Shown one piece after another: positions 46,015 to 56,590 of a DNA stretch of 64,000 bases. This DNA is from a virus. How positions within the stretch are numbered: the stretch's first letter is position 1; every line of letters starts with the position of its first letter. Location of the stretch: positions 32,001 through 96,000 of the IMG/VR virus record IMGVR_UViG_3300031469_000005, one strand, 5' to 3'. The translations under genes were made by a program, and so were the position numbers. The notes under the pieces were generated by a model. That model was not told the origin of the DNA. It worked only from the letters and a program-made list of their open reading frames with translations, and did not search any database.

Positions 46015-47235
46015 TTAGTTCGAAAAATCGCCGATACCACCGGGTGACGTATGATCAAAATCATCAACCTGCATTTGTGACGTAGCATTAACGCTGGTTT
46101 CTTCTTCGTAGTCACCTTCAAGTTGACCAACACGAAAGCTTAATTGCTTCATCGTTTCGACCATTTCTTCCGGTGAGTTAACGCGGCGGCTGTTCTTTGC
46201 TTCATTAATGAATGAGATCGGCCATGTTTTCACCTGTTCGAACATATCCATGTTCGATTCACCCAAAAGTTGTTTGATAACGTTCTCATCCAAGAAATTG
46301 ATGCAATCGATCTCATCGAATCGTTCGGGTCTGAGCATCGCTTGATCGAACCTATCGAGGTTGTTCGCTGTAACAATAACGATCTTGAACTGATCATGAA
46401 ACATTTCAATCGCAGCCAACAACTCATCCTGCCTGTTTGCACGATCAATGTCGTCAATGATCAAAGCTTCGGGTTTAAAGATCTTGATAGCATCGTCGAC
46501 GAGCGTTCCACAAATGTTTCTGTTCAGATCCTGAAGATTGATCCTGAACGAGCGCAAGCCCAATGTACGAATGATCGTCTTTGCGATCGTTGATTTTCCG
46601 GTACCAGGTTTTCCGTACAACAAAACTGATCGTGGGAGGTTGACATCAATGCATTTTTTTAGGTGGGCAATCTTCCGTGTCGCAAATTCTGAATCGAGGT
46701 TCTTGATTGATTCGTCAACACGAAAAACGACTCGTTCGGAATTGACTTTTCTTGTTAAGACAACGTGTTTTCCGCCGAACAAGCTCCAAATTTCGTTACA
46801 GATCAATGCTTTCACCGTCTCTAGTTCGCCTTCTTTGACATAGACGGTCGAGCAATCATCTCTGTGCCTATCGGCGTACTTGAGATATCCGATCTTGTAC
46901 CCTTTCAACGTATGAATTCGAGCAACGCATTCTGAATCGACACCTTTAATGTCGTCGTGTGGGTATTTTTCAATGATCGTTCTAACGAGGTCAGAGAGCT
47001 CCGAGTCAAACAATTCCGTCCAACCAAAATCGAAGTAGTCCCAAGACGATGCCATGAAATTCTCGTTCAACTTGAGAAGGTTGCTTGACGCGACCTTCAA
47101 CACGTTCAACGTACCAAGGTTCGAATGAACGGCTATCATGGTTTCACTGATTCCATTGACAAGGCCCATGCAAACTTTGAACTTTTTGTCGTTCAACAGA
47201 TTCATGACAATGATTTTTGCCCTTCGAATGTTCAT
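46015..47235 (-). CDS. AAA+ ATPase (classic AAA clade)
   Basis: LLYGKPGTGKS, IIDDID, TAN...D.A.LRPERFD. Confidence 0.85.
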   Translation of the reverse strand: MNIRRAKIIVMNLLNDKKFKVCMGLVNGISETMIAVHSNLGTLNVLKVASSNLLKLNENFMASSWDYFDFGWTELFDSELSDLVRTIIEKYPHDDIKGVDSECVARIHTLKGYKIGYLKYADRHRDDCSTVYVKEGELETVKALICNEIWSLFGGKHVVLTRKVNSERVVFRVDESIKNLDSEFATRKIAHLKKCIDVNLPRSVLLYGKPGTGKSTIAKTIIRTLGLRSFRINLQDLNRNICGTLVDDAIKIFKPEALIIDDIDRANRQDELLAAIEMFHDQFKIVIVTANNLDRFDQAMLRPERFDEIDCINFLDENVIKQLLGESNMDMFEQVKTWPISFINEAKNSRRVNSPEEMVETMKQLSFRVGQLEGDYEEETSVNATSQMQVDDFDHTSPGGIGDFSN

Positions 47236-47282
47236 ATGATCACATCATACAATGAAAACTTGATCCATACAATTGAATACCA

Positions 47283-48011
47283 TTGAACATGATGCTAAAA
47301 TTGTTCAGCAATATCATTGCGATCGCTTTTTTGACTCAAGGATGCAACTCAGGGCCTGTAAACGATTCATGTCAAGCAATTGGAACGATCTCATCCACAA
47401 ATGCCGCTCATGTCATACGGGCAAATGAAGTCGCGCTGATTGAGAAAGAAACCATAGTTTGTGGTGGAACTTTTGTAGCGCATGATCGGATCCTAACGGC
47501 GGCACATTGCATCGAATTCAACGATCTGATCTTCAACTACGCAACGATAAATGATTTTGATACCGAAACGCAAAGAAAATTGCAATCCGTTCATGCTAGT
47601 CATCTAGTTGCATACGACACGAGCATCGATCTTGCGATGCTAAAAACGGATGAAGATAATTCATCGTTCGCCGTTATTTCACAACGAACGATCAATCCAG
47701 GTGATGAAGTTCAAGTTGTCTGGCACATCAGTGATTCAACCTGGTCGTACAATCAAGGTTTTGTTTCGAATTTAAGGATCGAAAGAGAACAAAGCGAGCT
47801 TCCCGCTGGAGGAATTCGCTTGGAACCCGATCAATCTCTGCAAATCGTGGAATTCAGCATCCTTGCCCATGCCGGAAATTCTGGATCGGGCATCTTTGAC
47901 AAGGATGCGCGGCTCATGGGGGTGACAAGTTGGCTTTCAACCGTCACGCATCTAACGAGCGCGATTCATCGCGACGAGATCTTGAAATTCATTGATGATA
48001 ATTCAATGTAA
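47283..48011 (+). CDS. Trypsin-like serine protease, probable lipoprotein
   Basis: LTAAHC, DLAML, GNSGSG triad; LTQGC lipobox-like. Confidence 0.85.
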   Translation: MNMMLKLFSNIIAIAFLTQGCNSGPVNDSCQAIGTISSTNAAHVIRANEVALIEKETIVCGGTFVAHDRILTAAHCIEFNDLIFNYATINDFDTETQRKLQSVHASHLVAYDTSIDLAMLKTDEDNSSFAVISQRTINPGDEVQVVWHISDSTWSYNQGFVSNLRIEREQSELPAGGIRLEPDQSLQIVEFSILAHAGNSGSGIFDKDARLMGVTSWLSTVTHLTSAIHRDEILKFIDDNSM

Positions 48012-48308
48012 CTTACGAATGTTCATCGGGTTCTTGATGCTGAACGTCACGACCTGACCCAACGTTAGGTTGTAGAGGAACAGATCACCCGATTCAGTGA
48101 TCGACGTTACCGTGCACAGGTACAATTTCTTGTCATTGAGATGATCCTTTCGAAGGATCACTTCATCACCCGGTTCACATGTCAAAATGCCGTCAACGAC
48201 TGCAGGACTCAACAGATCAAAGTTCACGCGAGGTGGCTTACGTACAGGAATGATGCCGGGGAGGTTGACATGAATCGTTTTTGCGTTCTTTGGCTCGTGT
48301 TTACGCAT
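48003..48308 (-). CDS. Hypothetical protein (EPGDEV)
   Basis: ORF. Confidence 0.55.
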   Translation of the reverse strand: MRKHEPKNAKTIHVNLPGIIPVRKPPRVNFDLLSPAVVDGILTCEPGDEVILRKDHLNDKKLYLCTVTSITESGDLFLYNLTLGQVVTFSIKNPMNIRKLH

Positions 48309-48603
48309 TTATGATAAAATATCATGATTCATGCCATTGAACACTTTAAATGAATGGTAGTTTTCGAAGAAAATGGCTTCCTTTAAATTACCATGCGGAG
48401 AACGAACGTTTAATGGACCCGTTCTTAGAAATTGAAGTGATGTTCCACCGTTCACTTGTTTTTGTGAAACAACTAATCGATACAATGTATCACCCCGCTC
48501 CCCAGTAAAGAACGATGACATCTCCCGGAACGATCCCGTCAGCACGTTTGTAATACCATTGGGGGTACACTTGATTCGTGTTCTTGTCAAGGCGCTTGAA
48601 CAC
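48309..48603 (-). pseudogene. Frameshifted PGD-family gene
   Basis: IVPGDVIVLYWGAG* then GDTLYRLVVS in another frame; removing one G from the G4 run (48493-48496) joins them. Confidence 0.55.
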
Positions 48604-49024
48604 GTTTTCTCCACGTCCAGTAAAGCATGAGAGCACCATCGCGTGGTGGATCACCACCGAGATTTCCTTCCACAAAGATCTCCCAAGCTCTAGATGCGTA
48701 CTCACCGACCCCAGGGAGCTCGACGATGTTCTTCCACTCGTCTTTCATGTATTCCATTGCAAGGTTACGAAGTGTCTTCGTTCGTCGGTTCTTGAACCCG
48801 AGCGGAGCGATCATTTCACGAAGAAAGCTTTCATCACCCTCGATCAAGGCTTCGGGTGTAGGAAATGTTCTCATGAAACTTGGAAACACTTTCTCAACCT
48901 GCTTTCGACGTGTACAATTCAACATGACGCATGACACGAGAATGAACCATCGATCCGGCCACAAAGATTCCTGAATAAGCCCGTAAGGGCTCATCAATGG
49001 TTGTTCAGTGGATTCTGTTCCCAT
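48587..49024 (-). CDS. MBD4-like HhH-GPD DNA glycosylase
   Basis: SPYGLIQE.L..D.W..L....LN.T, PLG, ELPGVGEYA HhH, P.D..L..Y..W match the MBD4 glycosylase domain pattern. Confidence 0.8.
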   Translation of the reverse strand: MGTESTEQPLMSPYGLIQESLWPDRWFILVSCVMLNCTRRKQVEKVFPSFMRTFPTPEALIEGDESFLREMIAPLGFKNRRTKTLRNLAMEYMKDEWKNIVELPGVGEYASRAWEIFVEGNLGGDPPRDGALMLYWTWRKRVQAP

Positions 49025-49301
49025 TTCGAAAGATCCTGTAAGAACGAGCGATCGACTTGTTGTATTTTCGTACCTCGTGAGGTGAGATTCTTGAATATTG
49101 AAAGTCTCCAGGTTCGAATATCTCGTCTAGAATGAATGACCACAAGTAAATTCTACTTGCGAATAAGCACAGGAATGATTGATCGACGGGTGATTCATTC
49201 GTGAGGTAGAGAAATTGAAAATCTCCCGAATGGTATGAAGAAGGTGCCTTGTACGACACAAGATCGCCGGGTTGAACCTCATCCCATCGTTTGATCTTCA
49301 T
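49005..49301 (-). CDS. Small PGD-family protein
   Basis: WDEVQPGDLV...RIFRNG. Confidence 0.65.
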   Translation of the reverse strand: MKIKRWDEVQPGDLVSYKAPSSYHSGDFQFLYLTNESPVDQSFLCLFASRIYLWSFILDEIFEPGDFQYSRISPHEVRKYNKSIARSYRIFRNGNRIH

Positions 49302-49532
49302 TCATGCCTTCATTTTGACGTAGATCTGTCGAGCTTCATTGCCATACAGGTTTACAACCCGTGTACGACCCATCAACCCAGCGCGGTTCAAAACGTCTGA
49401 GACGTTCTCTCGAATCCAATCGAGCTCAGCGCCATCGGCCTGGATCTCAACAACGTCCTGAACGTTCAGTTCGGGAACCGTGCTTCCAACATGCCAAGTT
49501 TTTTCAAGGACGTTCGTGACGACGTAAAGCAT
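49302..49532 (-). CDS. Hypothetical protein (IQADG.EL)
   Basis: Class A-like promoter upstream. Confidence 0.6.
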   Translation of the reverse strand: MLYVVTNVLEKTWHVGSTVPELNVQDVVEIQADGAELDWIRENVSDVLNRAGLMGRTRVVNLYGNEARQIYVKMKA

Positions 49533-49650
49533 TGGTTCAATCTACCACGTTCTTTAATGAATGACACCTAATTTTTTGAAAATTCTTATCTGGTTCAAGT
49601 TTAATGAAGATTAATTCGAGCATTGTTTATAAGGTGATTCACCGCTATAA

Positions 49651-50073
49651 TCAAACGATTTTGAACAATTCTTGATTGTAATCAGCGAATGGAGAAATTT
49701 GAGGATTTAACAACATTTTTCTTGTAACCCATTGAATTTTACCTTCTTCATCTGAGTGAATCGTTCCCGTGATTGAACCTACAAAAGTAGTTGTTTCATA
49801 CCCCTGTTTATCAACTCTTGAAAAGATTTTTTGAAGATTTGTTGCAACAAGACCCGTTTCTTCAAACAATTCTCTTTTTGCTGCTTGAGAAGCAGTTTCT
49901 GGAAAATCCACTTTTCCGCCCGGGAGTCCGATCTTAGACGCGTCATCCTTGCGAGAAACCGAAAGGACCAAACCTTTTTCGTTCTGGATGAAGACGATCG
50001 CAGCCTTCTTCTGCTGAACTACCTCTGATAGCAACGAAACGTACGTTCTGATGAATTCTTTTAGAGATGACAT
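49651..50073 (-). CDS. Nudix hydrolase with N-terminal LKEFIR...LLSE leader
   Basis: LPGGK...E....AAKRELFEETG Nudix box; ATACGTA upstream. Confidence 0.9.
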   Translation of the reverse strand: MSSLKEFIRTYVSLLSEVVQQKKAAIVFIQNEKGLVLSVSRKDDASKIGLPGGKVDFPETASQAAKRELFEETGLVATNLQKIFSRVDKQGYETTTFVGSITGTIHSDEEGKIQWVTRKMLLNPQISPFADYNQELFKIV

Positions 50074-50097
50074 GCACGATTACGTATCATGATGATT

Positions 50098-50928
50098 TTA
50101 AAACAAAGGATCGAATGTATCGACGAACTTTGTCCACGACTTGTCGTTGACGATTGACTGAAACCCGCAAGCCGTGAAAAAGTTCTTTGCGAGATCCCAA
50201 TCTCGCTTACCGACCTTCGTCATGACGTTGATCGTCTCTTCCTCGGTGAAATCATGGAATCTGATCTGTTGAACGTTACGTTCGAGCTGTGCCTTGTTTT
50301 CGGGATCTCCTAACAAGGCTTCTAGCAAACCAACATTATTCAAGTACTTCTCGGCGGTCTTGTCACCAACTCCTTTGATCCCCTTAATATTATCCGTTCC
50401 GTCACCACGAAGAGCTTTCCAGGTCACGTAGGGGTACGAAGGAGCGGTGATGTGCTTCTTTTGAACTGGATTGTAGAGCTTCACGTTCTCGAGCTCGAGA
50501 AGTTGAATGAAGTCCGTATCTGAGCTAACGACCGTTATCGGTACGGCTCGGGTTGAACGTTTGACAACGTTGTAGATCAGATCATCACCTTCAAAGTCTG
50601 AATGTTGCATCAGATTCAAAGGAAAGCAGGTGACGAGAAGATCAATGATCATCTTCTTTTGCTTATGAAATGAATTCAACGAATCGATCTTCTTGGGATC
50701 CGTTTCTTCAACACGACGATTGGCCTTGTATTCGGGGTCGAGAACGAACTGACGTTTCGGTTCACCTTCAAGCACGAAGATGACACGAGTGGGATCGTGT
50801 TTCTCGATCTCAGATCGTATCGAACGAAAGAAGTTGAAGACGACGTTGAATTCACCGAGCTTGAATCCGCTTCGAGCTCGATGCAACATATTGTAACCAT
50901 CAAAAACAAGAGTATGAGGTTGTTTCAT
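50098..50928 (-). CDS. 5'-3' exonuclease / flap endonuclease (T4 RNase H-like)
   Basis: FDG.N, YKANR, EGDD, SSDTDF.QL, L.GD..DNI.G..G.G.KTA. Confidence 0.92.
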   Translation of the reverse strand: MKQPHTLVFDGYNMLHRARSGFKLGEFNVVFNFFRSIRSEIEKHDPTRVIFVLEGEPKRQFVLDPEYKANRRVEETDPKKIDSLNSFHKQKKMIIDLLVTCFPLNLMQHSDFEGDDLIYNVVKRSTRAVPITVVSSDTDFIQLLELENVKLYNPVQKKHITAPSYPYVTWKALRGDGTDNIKGIKGVGDKTAEKYLNNVGLLEALLGDPENKAQLERNVQQIRFHDFTEEETINVMTKVGKRDWDLAKNFFTACGFQSIVNDKSWTKFVDTFDPLF

Positions 50929-51024
50929 GTCAAAAATTTCCGTTATTGTTTCCAACGTCGTTCAAACGTGAAACGAGTTCATGAATGATGTTCATGTACG
51001 CTTCGCATTCATCGTAGTGATCAA

Positions 51025-51261
51025 TCAAACAACGCTTAACAGTCGCTTGATCACTTCGAACAACACAGCTTCATTCGCTCGATCTTGCTTGATAAGTTCA
51101 AAATCATAGCAATCAGTTCGAGAACTATCAGGCCACAAAACATTGAATTTCCCCGTCGTATTGTCAATACAGACGATCAAACCAAGACCATCACGAAAAG
51201 ATGAATGAAGATATCGTTTAGGATCAAACTTAACGATATCACCTGGTAACAATGAATTCAT
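51025..51261 (-). CDS. Small PGD-family protein
   Basis: LLPGDIV...GLIV...VLW; class A promoter upstream. Confidence 0.65.
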   Translation of the reverse strand: MNSLLPGDIVKFDPKRYLHSSFRDGLGLIVCIDNTTGKFNVLWPDSSRTDCYDFELIKQDRANEAVLFEVIKRLLSVV

Positions 51262-51296
51262 ATCATGAATCGTATCATGCATTTCAATGATAAACA

Positions 51297-51449
51297 CTAA
51301 AACGTTGGACGATTAACCGTGAAAATCGTTTTAGCGAGACACGATGGACACGTGTGCTCGTACACTCCATTTTCAAGAACGATGTGTGATGGAGGAACGT
51401 GTTCAGGACTGAGACATGATTTCGGAATATCCGCGATCTTTCTTATCAT
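51297..51449 (-). CDS. Small Zn-binding protein (50 aa)
   Basis: Read from sequence: C.SPEHVPP...YEHTCPSC. Confidence 0.6.
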   Translation of the reverse strand: MIRKIADIPKSCLSPEHVPPSHIVLENGVYEHTCPSCLAKTIFTVNRPTF

Positions 51450-51910
51450 AAGTTCACCTTCACTCGACGAACTTTTCCATCGATTTCCACGTTCATGTAG
51501 CCATTTTCATCGATCTCCGTCGAAACTTCGTCAAGAGAACGATTTAACTCCTGCCGAACCCCCTCAGAGGTTTCAAGCGTTTCCACGTTACCCTCTGAAT
51601 TGAAATCAAGCTTCGCTTTTTCGACGGCATTCGCAACGATTTGAACCATCGATGCGGAGACACGAGCAATGAGAACCTTCTTCAACTTCTCGGGTGAGGT
51701 GAAAATTTCTCCTTTGACCTTTGAAAGGTCAACCAGCGAACTTTCACCCTTAGAATTCACGTGTTTCACGATGTACGTTACCTCATTCCCGTTCATCGTC
51801 TTCTTTGTAACTTCTTCGGCAACTTGAACCGGAGCGATCTTTGCAGAATCATTTTGCAGGATGAAAAGAACCTGAGAAATTTTGTACGTCATCTCGTCAC
51901 CGTTTTGCAT
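51446..51910 (-). CDS. Hypothetical protein
   Basis: ORF. Confidence 0.6.
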   Translation of the reverse strand: MQNGDEMTYKISQVLFILQNDSAKIAPVQVAEEVTKKTMNGNEVTYIVKHVNSKGESSLVDLSKVKGEIFTSPEKLKKVLIARVSASMVQIVANAVEKAKLDFNSEGNVETLETSEGVRQELNRSLDEVSTEIDENGYMNVEIDGKVRRVKVNL

Positions 51911-52112
51911 TGCTTCGTCTTATCCGATTAGTGATTGAATTCTTTTCGTACCAGCCAGCATCCCGATAAAAACATGTCTCAGTATTATAGCCTGTGTACG
52001 ATGGAGCTTCCCAACGACCCGTACCACAGCACAGGTTGCATGGTTGCCAGAATGGTTTACCCCACGCATCATCAATGCGTTTCTTTTGAACGAGATAAAA
52101 GTACCCGAACAT
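51897..52112 (-). CDS. Cys-containing hypothetical protein
   Basis: AGGA RBS; C..C.GTG. Confidence 0.5.
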   Translation of the reverse strand: MFGYFYLVQKKRIDDAWGKPFWQPCNLCCGTGRWEAPSYTGYNTETCFYRDAGWYEKNSITNRIRRSNAKR

Positions 52113-52119
52113 GAATTCC

Positions 52120-52425
52120 TTATGAATTGGTGAGATTGTTGACGAAGTCGTCCTTCAGAACCTCAACGAACGAATCGTAATTTCCTTTGAAAGCGACGGT
52201 CGACTCAATCTGAAGAACCTTCATTGCAGTAGCGAGCGTTTTTACGTCTAACTTTTCAGAAAATTCTTCATACAAAGCTTTACGATCTTCTTTCAATCCT
52301 GCAATTTCATTGTCAAGATTTTCAAGACGTGAAAGAAATTCCTTAACCACGATCTTGAGTTCACCGAGCTCAGATGGTTGTAGGGTTGCAACATCAACTT
52401 GAGGTGTCTTAACTTGCTTTTTCAT
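52120..52425 (-). CDS. GapR/DUF2312 (T4 DsbA-like) DNA-binding protein
   Basis: L...V..F..RLE.LD.E...LKED.K.LY.E....LD.K.L pattern. Confidence 0.65.
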   Translation of the reverse strand: MKKQVKTPQVDVATLQPSELGELKIVVKEFLSRLENLDNEIAGLKEDRKALYEEFSEKLDVKTLATAMKVLQIESTVAFKGNYDSFVEVLKDDFVNNLTNS

Positions 52426-52458
52426 GTGAATCATTGTATGACCCAAATGATGTGATGT

Positions 52459-52812
52459 TCAAAATACCTTGATCGATTTTACGTTGCCAATCACCTCATC
52501 AACGTTGATGTGCAATTTCCGTGTGAATTTAGCATTCCACTCTTTTTCGAATCTAACCGCGAGATCCCACGCATGTAGTAAAAGGTCGTACGATCTATCA
52601 ACGGGCACGACCATTAGGTCGACGTCTGATGAATTGTCACCATTTCTATCAGGCATTCGTCGAGAATCTTGATTCGCCCACGATCCGACAACAAACGCTC
52701 CTGAGAACACATCACGATGATCTTTGAACCAGTCTCGAATGAACGAAATCTCATCATCGATCGATGTTGATTCCGTAAGAACTGATTTCACGAATTCTCG
52801 AAGCAGTTTCAT
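52459..52812 (-). CDS. Minimal nucleotidyltransferase (MNT) with LLREFVKSVLTE leader
   Basis: VVGSWA...SDVDLMV. Confidence 0.75.
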   Translation of the reverse strand: MKLLREFVKSVLTESTSIDDEISFIRDWFKDHRDVFSGAFVVGSWANQDSRRMPDRNGDNSSDVDLMVVPVDRSYDLLLHAWDLAVRFEKEWNAKFTRKLHINVDEVIGNVKSIKVF

Positions 52813-53792
52813 ATTGCCTTGATCTTTTGCATCGCTTGGTGATAATCATCGATCATGACGTGTTCGCGAGGAACACCGGATTCGAACGCAGACTTGATCT
52901 GATCATTCAACTTCTTCACGTAGAAGTTCTTCATCGCCGCCTTGACAGCTTCCACGACCTTCGATTCTACCTGAGATCTTTCGGGATCCTTGAGTTTCTT
53001 CACTGCGTTCAATTGTGGAATGTTCTTACCGACAACCTTCATCAGATCGTCGACGGTCTGCGCTTTTCCGATCACGTTCACAGCATCGAACATCTTTTCA
53101 AGCGAGCTTCTCACGATCTTTCGAGCGTCATCCTTCATGCTTTGAATCTTTGGATTGTCCTTAATCATGTCTGCGACACGAGAATCAATTTCAGAAGATT
53201 CTCCGATGATGCGAGATTCATGTTTCTTAACACTTGAGAACAATGCAGATAGTTGAGAAAAATCGAAATCGTTCTTTTTTGAATTCTTTTTCTTCAATTT
53301 TTCAACGTAATTGTTGAGTTTTCCGCCCGTTAACGTGTTCAACAGACCAACGACGACCTTTGGTGATTCCTTTGCGATCTTTGATGTGATGAGGCTCGTA
53401 GGATCATATGCGAACGCTCCGGCAAGTATATCGTTGTCCTTAACGGCTTTCCAAGTACGGTCATAAACGTCACGATATTTGTCCTTTAGCTTAGAAAGTT
53501 GTTCCTTTTCGTCTTTGAAAATTTTGTCATAATCAGAAGACATCCCGGGAAGAATTGTCGTTCCTATGGCTTCGAATGCGACCTTTCCGACGGTCTGAAG
53601 CCGGTTCGAAAGTTTTTCAACACCGTGTTTCGCGGTCGAAAATACGTCAGCGAATGGCTGAAGAAACACATTATAAAGTTTCTTGGGATCTCCGCCAGTG
53701 AAATCGATACCCATGTCAGATGATGAATCAAATCCACCATAGTCCTCTCGAAGAACACGACGCACATACTCTCTCAATAAAACATCGTTCAC
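52809..53792 (-). CDS. Hypothetical protein with LLREYVRRVLRE leader
   Basis: GTG start with ATACTTA 5 nt upstream. Confidence 0.7.
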   Translation of the reverse strand: MNDVLLREYVRRVLREDYGGFDSSSDMGIDFTGGDPKKLYNVFLQPFADVFSTAKHGVEKLSNRLQTVGKVAFEAIGTTILPGMSSDYDKIFKDEKEQLSKLKDKYRDVYDRTWKAVKDNDILAGAFAYDPTSLITSKIAKESPKVVVGLLNTLTGGKLNNYVEKLKKKNSKKNDFDFSQLSALFSSVKKHESRIIGESSEIDSRVADMIKDNPKIQSMKDDARKIVRSSLEKMFDAVNVIGKAQTVDDLMKVVGKNIPQLNAVKKLKDPERSQVESKVVEAVKAAMKNFYVKKLNDQIKSAFESGVPREHVMIDDYHQAMQKIKAI

Positions 53793-53807
53793 GTCAATAA
53801 GTATAAT

Positions 53808-54617
53808 TTGATACACGCAGTGGACTATTTAACCGCCTATAATCGAATCATCTATGATCCTCGAAATCACCTCTTGAAAAAAGGTGAATACGACGTTCAT
53901 CACATCGTTCCGCGCTCGATGGGAGGAAGTGATGATCATGAAAATTTGATGAAACTTTCTCATCGTGCACATTTCATTGCTCACCACCTTTTATGGTTGA
54001 TGAGTGAAGGCAAAGACAAGATCAAGATGAGAACTGCGTTCTATTTAATGTCACATTTTCACGGTAACAAACTTAATTCATCTCGAAACTTTGCAAAACT
54101 CAAAATTGACGTCAAAACAAATACATCAAAATGTCTTTCTGAGTGGAATAATCTTCGTGTTAGAAATGGTACCCATCCGGGAAGTGGCGAAAAGGGTTCA
54201 AAACATTTCAGCAAAATATGGGCAAATATGTCAAAAGAAGAACACACGCGACGATGTAGAATGATTTCCGAATCACGGAAACGAGATTGGCAAAATCTAT
54301 CAACACAAGAACGTTCACTCATTAACTCAGAACGAAATAAAAAACGTTACTCAAACCCAGAAGAGCGTAAAAAAACTTCTGATTTGAATAAGAAGATCTT
54401 TCAAAATCCTGAACTGAGAAAAAAAATTTCTGAATCTGGAAAAGGCAAATTAAAACCTGGAACCTCACATTCGATGAAAAAGCTTTGGGCAAATATGTCG
54501 ACCGAAGATCGAATTAGTAGAGGTAAATCATTTTCAGAAAAAATGTGTAAACGTTGGGCCAAATGGCGACGTGATAACAACCGTCCTCCGAAACCGGGGG
54601 ACGAGAATTACTTATAA
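53808..54617 (+). mobile_element. HNH homing endonuclease with NUMOD3-like basic repeats
   Basis: HHIVPRSMGGSD..ENL..L..R.HF.AH.LL; RKKISES repeats; AT-rich. Confidence 0.85.
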
Positions 54618-54658
54618 TTGACACGTGTAGTAGGGGCACGAGTTGTCAAAAAGAACGA

Positions 54659-54946
54659 TTGAAAACGATACTTCATCTGATGCCTGAAATTCCCTCTGAA
54701 GAATGGGGACATCCAAACTTGAACAGAAGGTTGGTTCCTAGCGATCTCGTATTCTACAATGGATTCGCGTGGTTGGTCATCGCTGTCGAAAACATCTACA
54801 TGACGGATTTCCACCCAAATGACAGCTACACGATCAAGGTCATTTTTGATGGTGTGATAGATGAACACATTGTGAGCTCAATGTTCTTTCACATCAAAGA
54901 TGGTATCATCCATATGTTGGCGACGAATCGAACAAAGCTATGGTGA
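54659..54946 (+). CDS. Small PGD-family-like protein
   Basis: LVPSDLVF...WLVIAV. Confidence 0.55.
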   Translation: MKTILHLMPEIPSEEWGHPNLNRRLVPSDLVFYNGFAWLVIAVENIYMTDFHPNDSYTIKVIFDGVIDEHIVSSMFFHIKDGIIHMLATNRTKLW

Positions 54947-55738
54947 AATCGAAATTTCAAGCTTGGTGCAAAAACGTTTACGATCGAATCGTTTATGATC
55001 CTCGAAACAATCTAATTGAAGACAATTATGAAATTCACCACATTGTACCCCGCTCGATTGGGGGTACAAATGACACGAGTAATCTTGTTAGATTGACATA
55101 TCGTCAACATTTCATTTGTCATTGGTTGTTGTGGAAAATGTTTTCGGGACTTAAACAACGAAAAATGTGTCATGCATTTCATATGATGTCTCACCAACCT
55201 CGATTTATCAATCGAGGGCAAAGATTAAACTCAGTTTCATATGCAAGTTTGAAAAAAAATGTTTTGTGAAAATCAGAGTGAAAAATCGATTTTCACGGAT
55301 AAAAATTTTCAATCTAAAATGTCAAAACGATTTTGGAAAAAAATAACGTTAGAACAACGACAATCTAGAAGTGAAAAAATATCAAAAGCGGTGAAGCTTT
55401 TTCAGTCTCAACTTGTTACCAACAATGAACATCATTTTCAGGGTGAACGGGGAAGAATTCACGTTGCCAAGCAAGTCAAAGAAGGAAGACATCCTTGGTC
55501 TTCAGATTCTAAAAAGAATTGGTGGAAAATGGCATTTACAGATGAGGAACGATCTATTGAGATGAGTAAACGAGGTAAAAAACGATATTCGTCATCGATT
55601 GCTAAGTCGAAAACTGGAGAAAAAAGTAGGAGTGATTGGGCAAAATACACACCCGAACAACGACAAAATCGTATTCAAAAAATGAAAGACGGACAAAAAG
55701 CTTATTACGCGAAATTGAAATTAGAAGGTGCTAAATGA
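54940..55738 (+). mobile_element. HNH homing endonuclease, frameshifted at A8 (55252-55259)
   Basis: HHIVPRSIGGTND..NLV.LT.R.HF.CH.LL; split into two ORFs; paralogous to 53808. Confidence 0.8.
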
Positions 55739-56349
55739 ATTTTCGTGTAGGAATTATCGCACTGAGCGCGAAGCCACCCCATGCAGGTCACTGGTCATTG
55801 ATCAACATCGCGGCGAAAGAATGCGATGAGGTCATGTTGTTCGTTTCTCTGAATGATCGTAAACGACCTAACGAGGTCGAGATCTACGGAAACGACATGG
55901 AAACGATCTGGAAGGACTACATGGAACCTTCGTTACCAAAGAACGTTGAAGTGATTTACGTCTCCAACGAAACACCTGTTCGAAAGGTCTACGAGTTCCT
56001 GGGACTCAAAAAAGAAAATGGGACCGACGACACGTTCGTGATCTACTCCGATCCAGCGGATCTGAACAAATCATTCTCAACTCAACAACTCGAAAAGTAC
56101 CTGAACGATCTGTACGTAAGCGGTAAAATTTCTCTCGAACCAGTGAGTCGTTCAGAAACAGTCGACATCAGCGGAACGAAGATGAGAAAGTTCCTTGAAA
56201 CGGGAGCGAAGGAAGAATTCATTGAGAACTTGCCGGATATCATCCAATCGCGCGGCGAGAGCATTTGGAATCAGTTGCAAATTAGCATCGCTACGAAGTC
56301 AAAATCGATCGTTCCCAAGAAGAACAAGGTGTTTCGTGTCAAACGGTGA
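55735..56349 (+). CDS. Cytidylyltransferase-like (HxGH) nucleotidyltransferase
   Basis: KPPHAGH and ISGTKMR. Confidence 0.8.
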   Translation: MNFRVGIIALSAKPPHAGHWSLINIAAKECDEVMLFVSLNDRKRPNEVEIYGNDMETIWKDYMEPSLPKNVEVIYVSNETPVRKVYEFLGLKKENGTDDTFVIYSDPADLNKSFSTQQLEKYLNDLYVSGKISLEPVSRSETVDISGTKMRKFLETGAKEEFIENLPDIIQSRGESIWNQLQISIATKSKSIVPKKNKVFRVKR

Positions 56350-56575
56350 CAAATTTTATGGTACAACGATATTTCCGGGCGATCTTGTAATTCTTGAAGA
56401 TGACAGTATGGACGGGAAATGTCTTCGTTTTGTCATAACAAATGATATCTCAGCAAGGTACGTCACTGTCATGAATTTCAATACAAATCACATGTACCAG
56501 ATTTGGTACGAATCGCATTCAATTCGTGACATAGAACGAATCATTCCAGTAAAGTGTACTTCGTCAAACTTCTGA
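56336..56575 (+). CDS. Small PGD-family protein
   Basis: IFPGDLVIL...FVIT. Confidence 0.6.
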   Translation: MSNGDKFYGTTIFPGDLVILEDDSMDGKCLRFVITNDISARYVTVMNFNTNHMYQIWYESHSIRDIERIIPVKCTSSNF

Positions 56576-56590
56576 AGTATATTTACGTTC

